In this document: piece after piece, positions 13,701-25,700 of the stretch
Layout of the letters: each line of letters opens with the position of its first letter
Numbering within the stretch: position 1 is the stretch's first letter
DNA from: Botryllus schlosseri
Taxonomy: Eukaryota
DNA: 64,000 nt
NCBI GenBank assembly: GCA_051294905.1
Contig: CM119371.1
Span: 11,472,001-11,536,000 of the forward strand
Direction: 5' to 3'
The notes under the pieces: generated by a model
What the model was told of the DNA's origin: nothing
The model's input: only the letters and a program-made list of their open reading frames with translations
Database searches by the model: none
Program-made: the position numbers and the translations under genes

Positions 13701-16700
13701 GCAAATTGAAGTCATCTGTAAGGAATGAAAGAACTCACCAGTCTAATATCTTGCAGCATTGGAAAGCTCTTCAAAATTTCGGCAACGCCACGAAATTCTA
13801 GCACCTTTAACTGATTGCGTCTGTCGTGATGAGTGAACTTCATGAGAGTGATGACATTCAGCCAATTGACACCAGGTCTATTGAACTCTGTTTCCAACTG
13901 CACCCTGGCATCTTCAATCGTTATATTAGGGTGACCTTTTGAATAACATGAAACTTATAAATAATAAAAAAAACGAATAACAATCATCCTAATCACCTGA
14001 TGAGCCTAGACACAAAGCCGGCGCTCTCCAAGAAGACGTACCAAATGCCTTTGTCTTTTGTCTGAGATTCCTCAACTTTTGCGACAGCTTTTTGGAGAAG
14101 TAATACTGAAAAGCATTTGATCATGAATGCACTTTAATACAAAATATATCGAGTTCAGTAAACTAACCGAAGGTTGTTTCCCGTCAATATTGACCTGAAT
14201 GCACGGATACTTTTCGCACATGGCCCGAGAAAATCTGAAGTACTCCGTTTTGTTTTTCATGTCTCCATTTCGAAGGACATGATAAGCACATTCCTCTACG
14301 AGTCTATTTTCTAGAGCGAAAATAGAGTTCGCTCGAAGAGCCGTTTGAACTTTCTCACTGAACATCGGCAACGGCATCGTTCTACGCGGTTCAGCATATT
14401 CAGATGGTGTGAAGCTCGTCTCACATGCATCATTCTAAAAAGATGCGGTTTCGTTATCAAAATGATGATGGCTGAAAATACACGATTATTCTGCGAGCAT
14501 GAAACTAAATCTCTAAATTGAATTACTTACATGAGACGACTTTTTTGCAGCGTCTTTTTCATTCATTCCTGTCACTGCCTTTTTCCGTAATGGGGACTGC
14601 AAAATAAGCATGGCTAATAAATAAAAATGAAGGATTCATGAATAAAAACCGTACTTGTGACAGAGCAGACAAATCTTGAATAGACGCATCCATTTCTTTA
14701 GAGTTATCCAATTCCACGATTTCAGGATTATTATTGCTTCGACAAGCCGAAGACGATGGGATATCCATGTCAGCATTAGTTTGTTGAAGCGTACTCCAAG
14801 TCTTTAAGAAAATACATAACTACACTCTAAATTTCAAAAGCGTTTATGAGACGGAAAATTAAACGCCAAAAGTGAGCCCCTTTTAACTGTCCGATTGTGT
14901 CTCATATTACGTCTCACACTTTTACGTTTTAATTAAACGCTCATGCGTTAAATACCGACGCAGAGCTCAAAATGAAAATAGCTACGCCGGCATGCTGAAA
15001 AACGACACAGAGCTTGAAATGATAACAAATTTTATTGCAAAATACGGTTATTATGCTGCATGCACAGTAAATACTGTCCCGCGCTCAAATGTCAGGCAAC
15101 AGGCGCCTCCTTCAGATGCACATGCCCTCCAGTTGGTGAACCACCAACCTTATTGCATTTCTGGCAATCTTACTAACACGCTTCGCGGTATTTTCTTTCG
15201 AATTGAACATATTTGGAGTTCTAGTGAAAACCATTTCTTTCGTCCTCGATCATCATCTTTTGTAGAAATCCAAGGACCATGAACGTTTTAGGGTATCCAA
15301 GGTCCCAGGCATAGTAACGAGACATGAGGTCAATGACCATGCTTAGGATTCCTTGCCCTTTTGTGCATGATATAGAGGTATTGTCAACCAATGCCCATCC
15401 TTGATGTACGCCCGACTCGTGGCAGACGATCAGTAGGTGTAGTGGATCCAATGTCAAGCATGCAACTTCAGCATCATGCGCCTGAAATAATACGAATGCA
15501 TATAAATCATATAGTCAGCATATCAAACGACTGTTCAAGGGGCTGCTGAGCAAGAATAAAAAAGAACACTCTAAGCTCCAACTTCAATCCACAAAGCTCA
15601 AAAGGGCACGCTCAGAATAACGTTTGTATCGAAGTAGTTTCAATCATTTCTATACAACAGTGGTTCTCAACCGGGATCCACAAAGCAAATCCAGAGTTTT
15701 GCGAATCCTCCAAATTTGCAAAATTTATAATAATTTAATATCATTTTTTTTTGCAAAGAGAATTCACAAAGCAATTTTACTACATAATTATTAAAACTTA
15801 CAGATGGCTGTCTGAGATGAAATATTCTACTGTGCAAACCCATTTTAATCGTCAATTTTCCAATAGCTTGCTGATATTGCTTATCAGAGAGGTTTTGTTG
15901 GGGTTTAGAACAAATTTTCTTGCGAACACATCCATGCCTAGCATGTTATAGTCGCAAAAATGCACCCTGAAACTGGGCAGTCTGACGATGACTATATACT
16001 TGGACCACTGATGCCAAGACTGAGACGCCGAGAAAATGGCCTAAGGCTTTCCCATAATCAATCTTTAGGATGGAATATTCTTCGAGCTATTAGCATGCAT
16101 GACTAGTCCCAATACCGATTCATTAGTCGCTGAAAAACGTGATCCGTTATTGTACGCAGCTCATATATAGTTCAAAATAAAATGAAGTTTATGTTCATAA
16201 TACTTCTTGTATCTAAACCTAACCCTTGTATCTAAACCTAACCCTAACCCTAGTTACTTCTTTAGTGGTAACCATGCACATGGTCCATGCAAGTGAGCGC
16301 AGTGTTGTGCTAACGAGAAGTAGGGGGATGAAAGCCAGAATGCAATAAATCGATTGACAATAAATCATGCGAACCGCTAATAAAAATTTCAAGTTAAAAT
16401 AAATCTGCTACGAAGTATTCTACTTCATGAACATGAATATACCAAGATCTGCGGTAAATGAGGCAGGCCCTGTGTACAACAATACGTCAGAACTGATGTT
16501 TTAATCATTACCAAATTTCGCAGTCAGGCTGATCAAATTTTGGTTGACCTTACAATTTCACCCGATGTTATCACTAATTATACCTCGCTGGCCATGCACA
16601 CAAAACCTTCTCGCAGAATACATGTGGCCGCTACACATAGTGGGTAACTGTTTGGTCCCCTGTGACCTATATAGAATTATACCTGTTTTGCGTCGATAGC

Positions 16701-19700
16701 CAGCAGCCCAGCAACGTTGACTTTGATCTTAATCGCAAGTCAGTCAATTGTTTCTGAAGAAATAGCAGACTTTTGACTTCTTTGCTTTCATCTTCTCCCT
16801 GGAAAACATTGTTCAAACAAAATTTATATTTATAAAATACTCTTGCTTGGCTCGAGGTCTGGAGTTTTAACTTAGGATTGCAGGAAAGTTGTAGAGTAGA
16901 CTGCTAACGTTACGTCACTGCTGTGTCAATGCAATGTGCTCTAACTTTCCAGTTGAGCGAGCAGTAGCTATAGATAGACATAGGTATTGATAACTAATCT
17001 ACCGATAGTTGTGCAACACGTGACTCACTGTTGAATACGCCAAGATGAGTACTGCTTAACCGGCAGAAGCAGCATATAGTCAGGGTTGTAACAACTCGGG
17101 TCGATTTTCTGATGACTCGAATTGACTCAAGTCATTTTCTCAAAATACATAATAAATCGACTCGAGTCAATCTGTGTATTGACTCGACTTGGACTCGAAT
17201 CTTTGGGTATAACTCGTACGAAGTCATATGACTCGAGACTCAGACGGCAAGACCGACATTTCATTGTAATTTCGAAGAATAGTGAAGTAACCACCCGAAT
17301 GGCATTTCGTCTATTGGTACTGGTACTTGAAAATGCGACCAGAAACTGCTAAAAGTGAGAAAAATTAGTATATTATAAATGCGAACCATTCGATATCCCT
17401 AAACAGGGTTATAAAAAGTGGGTTCGACAAGACTTAACTGGAAACTGAGCAGTCAACACAATGACTTGGACTCGAGTCATAATACCATGACTCGGACACG
17501 AATCTCTGCACGATGACTTCGACTCAGACTTGACTCGAGTCTGAACTATAAAAGTGAGATTGACTTGTGACTTGGTTACAACCCTGATATAGTCCTATAG
17601 CTCGCGGCCAATGGCGTCGATCGATCGGAACAATGCCAATTTGGGCCTGACACCGAGAAAAGTTGGGAACCACTGGCTTAGATGATTTGATAAAGTATAC
17701 ACGTGAAAACAATGACATGAATTTCGCGGCTACGTATAAAAATCATTCATCTGGTGTAGCCCGCGAGCAATCTGAAGGTTTGAATCCGGCCCGAGACACC
17801 AGTTGAGTTTGACACCCATGCCCTATAGAGCCCTGGTCTCCAACTCAAATGTGCTCGCGGGCCAATTCCTAGTTTTTAATGATGCCGCGGGCCGCAGTAT
17901 CAATAATAGGGATATTCAATGTATAACTTCAAAGTAGATCTTATTTGACGGGACCTTGCAGACAGGCAATCCACAGACCTCATCGAAATGTGATTTACTA
18001 TTGTATTATTCACGCTCGACACAGGAAAAAATTACATTTCCAAATATTTGAATAAAATTGTTTTTGTGCCGGCCATAATTTTTTCAAATTAATGAGTTAT
18101 AGACATTGTGCGAGAGGATGCATCATGACATCGTAAAACTGTCGGGCTATAATATTGCAGCTAGTGGACCTTTGACGTGCCACAATTATACGTAGTATAT
18201 TTTACACTCTACTTAATAAATCTGATATCGGAGCATTTGAGCGGTGTAGCCTAATCCCGGTATTGATATATGTAATGGCTGTAATTGAGAAGGTCGTTGC
18301 ATGATCATGATCATAGGCCGAAAAACATGCAATGAACACTTACCCAGTGAGGGCACCCAACTCCATCATATCGTAGGCATGGATACTTTTCGCACAGATG
18401 CCTGGAGAATTCGGCATATGCTCTTTTGCATGTCATATCACCATGTAATCGGATGTGGTATGCGCATTCTTCCACCACGGCATTTAGTAAATGTCCAGCC
18501 TTTTGATGTTGTTCCGACGCGACACTGAAATCAATGAGTGGCGCTATATCAGGTGTCGGGATCCTGCCTGCTGCACACTAAATCTGGCTCGGACTATAGT
18601 CAAACCGTTGCGTATCAAATCTTCTTCTGATCTCAAATTCAAGCAGTCCAAACGAATTATACGGAAACAGCTTGTTCAGAATGAAGACATGTAAATGGTG
18701 AGATTCGCAAGATTGCTTGCTCGTCCGATAACAGTTGAATGGAGAACGAAATAGCAGCAACAGAGCAATATAAAGGTAAACGAAAACGGACGATGCAACA
18801 ATTCAATCAACCAATCATTAAATCAAACAAAACAATTAGGAGTTGTCGAGGAGAATAACCGAATGAAAATTAAGAACAGTAACTAAAAACATGACTCGTC
18901 AAAACACTCCCCCACTTGACCGACTATGATCGGTCAACAGATGTTTCATAATCTATCCAACTTCAAAAGACGAACGAATAGATGTAGAATGACCGCCGAA
19001 CCCGCTAATGTCGAGACAATCGCTTTTATTAGGTGATAGCTTCAATGAACCACCTAGATCACGAGTTACAAAGCTCTTCTGGGAAAAAGAGTCAAACGCG
19101 ATTCTAACCGGTTTACCATCACCGTTGTGGTTGATTCGTCCCAACGCAGCAGGCAATAATGTGTTTGAATCTGAATCCCGCAATGCAGAGGTGGAAACGT
19201 CAATAGTTGCTACCATACACTTGGAGTTGATCGATGGTTCCGCAGAAACGTGTAGCAATTTGTGGTGGGTTTTCCCGCAACCAGTGATGGTACAACGCTC
19301 CTTGCATTGATGAAAGTGTTTCGGATGGCCTTTGTGTCCTTTCGGTGCTAAGCATCTAAAACACACTTTCCCGGGCTTCAAAACCAAGTCAGCCAATCGC
19401 TGGGCTGGAGTCAATTTCACGAATCTGAAGCAATCTTTCAATAGATGAGGTTTGGAGCAATAGGCACAAGATAATGGACGAGATTGAACGACGAGAGACT
19501 GGACTGAAAACGATCGATCAGGCTTCTCGGTATCACAACTAACCCGTTCATCTTTATGCTGCGACTTATCACAAGCAGAGCGGCTTCCATCACGCGACTT
19601 ATGTAGAGATTCCATCGTCGCCAACTCGGTTGTTAAAAACTCAAACAAAAGATCAGAATCAGGAACCTCATCGGCTTCGATCAAGGGACTGGTTTTCCTG

Positions 19701-22700
19701 ATCCAACGCTCATGCAACGTACCCGGCAACTGGGACTCTAGTACCTGTGTAAACAGTTGGTCCCAAGAGACGTCGTACTGCGATAAAATAGCCCTTTTAG
19801 CAGTAGCGGCATCGAGAAGTCGTCGGACTTTGTCGATCTTAAATTCCACTTTCTCACCTTGCAGCAAGTCTTCGATATGATTTCTCACTATAGCTTGCTT
19901 CTTGCCGTATCTCTTAAGAACGGCATTCACTGCAGGCTCATAATTCACGGCTGTTGATGAGAAACCATTGAGAAGGCCGGATGACGATCCTTTAAGAGCC
20001 GCCTTTAAATAAGAGATTTTGTAGAAGTGACTGACCTTCGGATTCTTATGAACCAGCGGCTCGAACGACTCCCAGAATTGAGGAAAGGTCAAAATGTCAC
20101 CATTGAATGTAGGCGGCACAATCCCACTCGGGAGAGATCCAGCGGCGTGTTCGGCTTCCTCGGCAGCTTTAAGTGATGAGGACTTTGATTTGGCAAGAGG
20201 AATGTGAACAAAATAAATCTCTTTTGATCTTCTCTTGCCATCAATGATTTCGGTCTTGATATCATCATCGTCAAGCTGATCGATTTTCGAATCCACGAAT
20301 GTCTTGAGATCGGTCATTGACATTTCTACCGACCGTATGAAGACGTTGATTTCTTCGGCAGAGGTGGAATACTCATATTTATTTTCAAGCGCTTGCAAAG
20401 AATCGACCACTTCGGCATTCAGGCGTCTGAATTTCCTTATAATAACATCAGGTAGACATGAATCTCCAATGCTTGCCGATGGATGGTTTCCGGGCTTCTT
20501 GACAGCGTCTTTCAAGATTTCACGCAAGCTGAGTCGGTCTTCTAATGACTTCTGACGAATTTCTTCCAGTTGCAGTTGAAACCGTCTTTCGGATTCTTCA
20601 CGGTCTTGGGCATGCTTCAGCTCTAGCTCTTCGAGCTGCAACTGAAACTTGAGGTTGGCAGCTTCACGATCTAATTTCTGCTGCTGGCGATCAGCTTCAC
20701 GATCTAATTTCTGCTGCTGGCGATCAGCTTCACGATCTAATTGGTGCTGCTGACGATCGAGATCTTGCTGATGCTTCATCATCTGAAAAATCATAACTAG
20801 TTCAGATGGACTCCCGGTGGTGCTCAATGGAGAGGACTGCAGTTCTTTCTTTTGTGAAGATTTGTCGGAATCTCGGATTTTCCCTAATCGGTCCGTCAAT
20901 ACAGCTTCGCTCCCACTTGTAGCTTCGCCAAGTTCTTGCAATTCGGGTCGTAAATCGTCGACCGCCATCTTAGCTAATGGCTTCCAAGTCGGTGCCAAGG
21001 CTGGAGACTTGGGGGATTCCGATGGAGACTTCACAAACGACATCTTTCGATTGAATATAACAACTATTTAAATGTAGCAGATTTAGTGCCAAGCAGAGTC
21101 GATAGATCTTCGTTGGACAGCAGAGTCTTGAATGTAGACTGATACCATGCGGTGCCTGAATTTGAGAGCGTATCGAAGATATCGGCTTTAATGGGCTTCT
21201 TGCGAATTGTTCCGACGCGACACTGAAATCAATGAGTGGCGCTATATCAGGTGTCGGGATCCTGTCTGCTGCACACTAAATCTGGCTCGGACTATAGTCA
21301 AACCGTTGCGTATCAAATCTTCTTCTGATCTCAAATTCAAGCAGTCCAAACGAATTATACGGAAACAGCTTGTTCAGAATGAAGACATGTAAATGGTGAG
21401 ATTCGCAAGATTGCTTGCTCGTCCGATAACAGTTGAATGGAGAACGAAATAGCAGCAACAGAGCAATATAAAGGTAAACGAAAACGGACGATGCAACAAT
21501 TCAATCAACCAATCATTAAATCAAACAAAACAATTAGGAGTTGTCGAGGAGAATAACGGAATGAAAATTAAGAACAGTAACTAAAAACATGACTCGTCAA
21601 AACAGATGTTGCAATGCGGATGCAACACGGGCATTGAATTTCGGTAATGTAAATCTCTTTTAGGCAGGAGCAATTCCCAGGAGACTATCAATCTTCTGGA
21701 ATTGAAGCAATTCCTAGCTCACTATCGTCTGAAACAGGAGCAATTCCCAGCTCAGTGTCGTCTGGAATCGTTTGAACATATCCGACCTAAAATGAAATAT
21801 CATACTCAATTTAGGTGTATTGGTAGCAGTGTTGGGATGACTCGAGGTCCAAAAGTCGGGTGACTTGACTTGACACGAGTCACCTTCGAGAATAGCTTGA
21901 CTTGACTCGAGTCAAAATGTACTGTACAATGACTCAAAATGATCCAACACTGATTGGTAGATTATAGTGATGTAAATGTTCATACCAAAACGTCAGTATT
22001 TGATGCAGGCGAGTCCTTCGTAATAAATCTACTTGCATCTTCATGGGTTCAATTTGCTGTAAAATATAGTTCCATGTAACAGTGCATGAAATATTGCCTT
22101 TAATAAGTTCTACGCACATCAGGAGTAGATGTCACTGGATTTTCGAAATCATTATTCTGAGCAGGTACATGCGGCACTAAATCGGTCCCACTGTGTTTGA
22201 TCGACCCCAACCACTTTTGCAAGACAAGATTAGATGATGCAGATCGCTCCCTTTCTACGATGGGAAATTCATAGCTACGAATGCGGAAAAAACGTACTCA
22301 CATCTCTCAGGGCAATCAAACGGTACATCAAGCCAACTTTGAAATCCATTTTAACGAAATCCTCATCAGCCAGCAAGCCGAAAACCATGCTACATACTTC
22401 ATTTTCTGAGAAAACAAAATACAAATATACATTTCACTTCCAAATGTATGGCATGTTGAGCAAATACTCTACTAGCTTTAGCAGGACTACCTGTAAAGAC
22501 ACCACACCTGATCAACACACTTGGTTATAATATACTGAATGTCGCCAATTTTGGGACTAATTTGTGGCCGTGGATAGGTTAAGTCGGAAACTTTACAAAA
22601 CTCAACAACGCGACTACTTTCTACAGCAAATGCATTGAATTTGGACTCAAAATACAGAACATTAAAGCGACCAGTAATAGTATGCCGATATTTTGTGTTT

Positions 22701-25700
22701 TTCACGGTGGGATCCGATTGGATCAACTACTTCAAATTCATCAAAATACAGGGAGAATAGCAGGCAGTCAGGGTGACTGGCTATCCCAAGATTACTTTTA
22801 AGATAATCTCCATGTAAGCATCTGTCATGGTATGACACCCGTGAAACGGAGTAGGCTTTGAAATGAGAGATTCGGCAGTGACATTAACAGTGCTTCCAAC
22901 TGCTGCATAAAAAGTACAAAGTAGCAGTATGCAGAAGCAGTCTGGAGCATATAACCATCTCGAGTTAAAATATTTTCAAACCATCTCCCAAATTCGACAC
23001 TTTCAGGTTCAATAAGACCAAAATGTTCCTTATAAGAAGTTTTTCTTGCTTCCTTTATTTGCAACAAGCACAGTGCATCTGAGGATGAATGAGTGTATCT
23101 GCAGAAATGCTACTAAACAAGTTGACATTGGATGACAAAACATCAGTAAGCCCAGAATCACTCAGTTTATGAATAGTTTAGTCGCAACAGTAAAGCTGCT
23201 TGAGCCAGAATACCGACTCGATAGGGCGCTGCTGAACTTTGTCTGCGCGGGCTCTATATTAAATAAAATCAATATTAGTAATTTTTTCATGATGTTATAT
23301 TCCAATGTAAAGGATTATCATACCATACTACACTGTTTTTGCCAGGAACTTAAGCCAGTTTTTACTGTACAATTTTGCATTCTGCCGATTGCTACAAAAA
23401 CGTGGTCATGTGCTGCTATGTTGTCGTGCTGTATTATATCTGCATGTGAAAGCTTACAATGAACCAAAATGCGTTATTGCACGTTAACGAATAACAGTCG
23501 ACTTGTTGAAATTGAAGACAGCACTTTGGCATATCGGTAGTAAATATGAACTGTCTTATAGCTTTGATTCAGGTAATGGATATTCTTAACACTTACCTTT
23601 CAATACGTCGACATGTCTTTGTTCTATGCCGTCTCCCAATAAGAATTCAGCTAATTCGTAATCCATCACGAACGATCACTAATAATACTCGCACTCGACT
23701 CGACACTTAGCACAGAAGACTCGCAACTCGACACTCGTGATAAATGCGACAGAATATGCGATCAACGCTCTCTGAATTCCCGCGCCTGACACACCAGCGA
23801 GCGCGTGATACCGCATTTCGTTTGTGAGTTTATGTTAGGAGATAAGAGGAAAATGAGGAATGAGCCCGATATATGTCACTCCCGCGAAAACAGACCTCGC
23901 TCTCTCGCTTGAACGGTGTTTACTTCGATATCACGCAACTCGAGAGAGGGAAAAAAGTCATTTCGTGTTTTAATCTAACGCTTGGAATTTAGAGTGTACA
24001 TCACCATACTTACCCCGAAAATCAATTATAAACCAATTTACCATCTGTAAATTCAGTAGGCGCCGAGCAGTTCCCACAGTGAATAATTTCTGCAAGTCGC
24101 CTTCAGTCAATGTCCCGAAGACACTCTCATCAATCTCATTTTCTGTGAGAAAAAGAAACAAAATATCTTGTAGCACCACCACAAAGTTACAAAGGCCAAC
24201 TCTGACCAATGTGTCTGGTCATAACATACTGAACGCCATTTATCGTATGGGTGATCTGTGGCCAGGGGTATTGGAAATCAGGAATATTACGGTACCCAAT
24301 ACAATGATGTTTCTTTAACAGCAAATGCGTTCATTGTTGGGCTGAAAAAGAGCACTTCTAATTTCTGATAGCGGCAGATGATACATTCATCAACAGAAAA
24401 CAAATCAGTGATTACAAAGAAATTGATAAATTCGAAGTCAGGTATCTTATACACAAAGACATCTCCCAAACTGTAGCAGATATTACGATAAGACACACTT
24501 TTAACAGAAAAAATATAATCACTGTTAGAATTTGAAATATGCCTTTCAATCTCAGGAACGTCAGATATGGGAACTTTGGATGCCACATGGAGATTTATTT
24601 TGGGTTCCAAATAATTAGTCTTCTTTTCCCCTTGTTTGTCAATCATTTGGATGTGTAGCGTACCGCTCCATGATTAACCTGTAATTACCCTCGCTGATTA
24701 CTGATTATGTTACTGCTACGTCTTGTTGTATGTACTCTTTTATGCAGTCGCCTTTAGTCACCGTCTGATCCAGTCGCTTTTAGTCACCGTCCGAGCCAGT
24801 CGATCTCCTAGTCTTCGTCGGACGAGCATCGTCACGTTTTAGTTGTTTTATTAAAAGAGCAATGCTGACTTGTATACTTTGACTTATCGAGCCGCGGACC
24901 AAGAAGAACGCGCGCTCACGACAGAGCACGCTATAGATGCACATCCAATGTTGATGGTATGAGCTTAAACTCATGGCCAAATTTTTGAAATTGAACCATC
25001 TTTTTGATTTAAAAAAGCCATTTTTTGCTTCGTATCTAATCGCACATTGCATCCGCAAGGGCCCAAACTGAATCATTTGTTCTGGCAAGTGGACAAGATA
25101 ATGTAGTTTGGGGTGAATGGCATATCGGGGTACAGGCGTATAATTTCTGCATTGTGAACAGCAATCAGATATTTGAGATCAACACAAGTTTCCTCAGATA
25201 CTACAGTAGATAGTGACAGCTGAACTATTTGAAGTAACCTCAGCAAATTCAACCAATGATCATTACTTTCAGAAATATCTGGTCCAATAATGAAAGGCAG
25301 AACTTGAAACAACACAAGCATGTTAGCAGCAGTTTGTGGAAAATTTGCTGAGGGTTGCAAATGTTTTCTCTCGATCATTTGAGGTTGATCTTTACGGTCA
25401 GATTTACTATACTCAAAATTCCGAAGCTGACTGTTCAGCCGAGGAAGTGACAATGTGCCATGTTCAATTTCACGTAGCAAAAATGCCTTAAACTCCATTT
25501 TCACTATTCCTTCGAGCAGAATATGCATAACGTCATGAACCATACATTTGGTCACATCAAAATAAGGGATTTCCGATAGGAAAGTTCTCTCGTTAACACC
25601 AAGTTGACGTGACATTGCGATTCGGTCTTGAGCACTCTCACATTGTTCAAGAGACTGCAGACAAATTTCATGCTCATTTTTGTTCCGAATTGGGCATTTT

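Larger units (their letters stand above)
18510..21604 (-). mobile_element. BEL/Pao LTR retrotransposon, gag-only, non-autonomous, 3,095 bp
   Basis: Two 397-bp LTRs (TGTT..AACA), 5-bp TSD GATGT, and a polypurine tract GTGGGGGAG on the minus strand next to the LTR at 18907-18915. Confidence 0.95.
15221..23666 (-). pseudogene. Spliced SAM-domain accessory gene of EnSpm copy C. Exons include 23666-23597, 22405-22302, 16798-16683 and 15481-15221
   Basis: Splices to MDYELAEFLLGDGIEQRHVDVLK-ENEVCSMVFGLLADEDFVKMDFKVG. The last exon DLMSRYYAWDLGYP..FLQKMM is homologous to those of copies A and B. Confidence 0.7.
14823..23996 (-). mobile_element. CMC-EnSpm/CACTA copy C (diverged family, internally deleted transposase)
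   Basis: TIRs CACTCTAAATTTCAAAAGCGTT / AACGCTTGGAATTTAGAGTG with a TA TSD. Removing it leaves an ~64-bp GT-AG intron of B (24041..14802). Confidence 0.85.

Noticed and set aside
16206..16253. CTAACCCTAACCCTA as a telomere remnant
   Set aside because: Only 2-3 units inside a short local duplication; more likely part of a small repeat.
18301..18760. Short ORFs overlapping the LTRs (also 21207-21458)
   Set aside because: Incidental frames in LTR sequence, duplicated along with the LTR.
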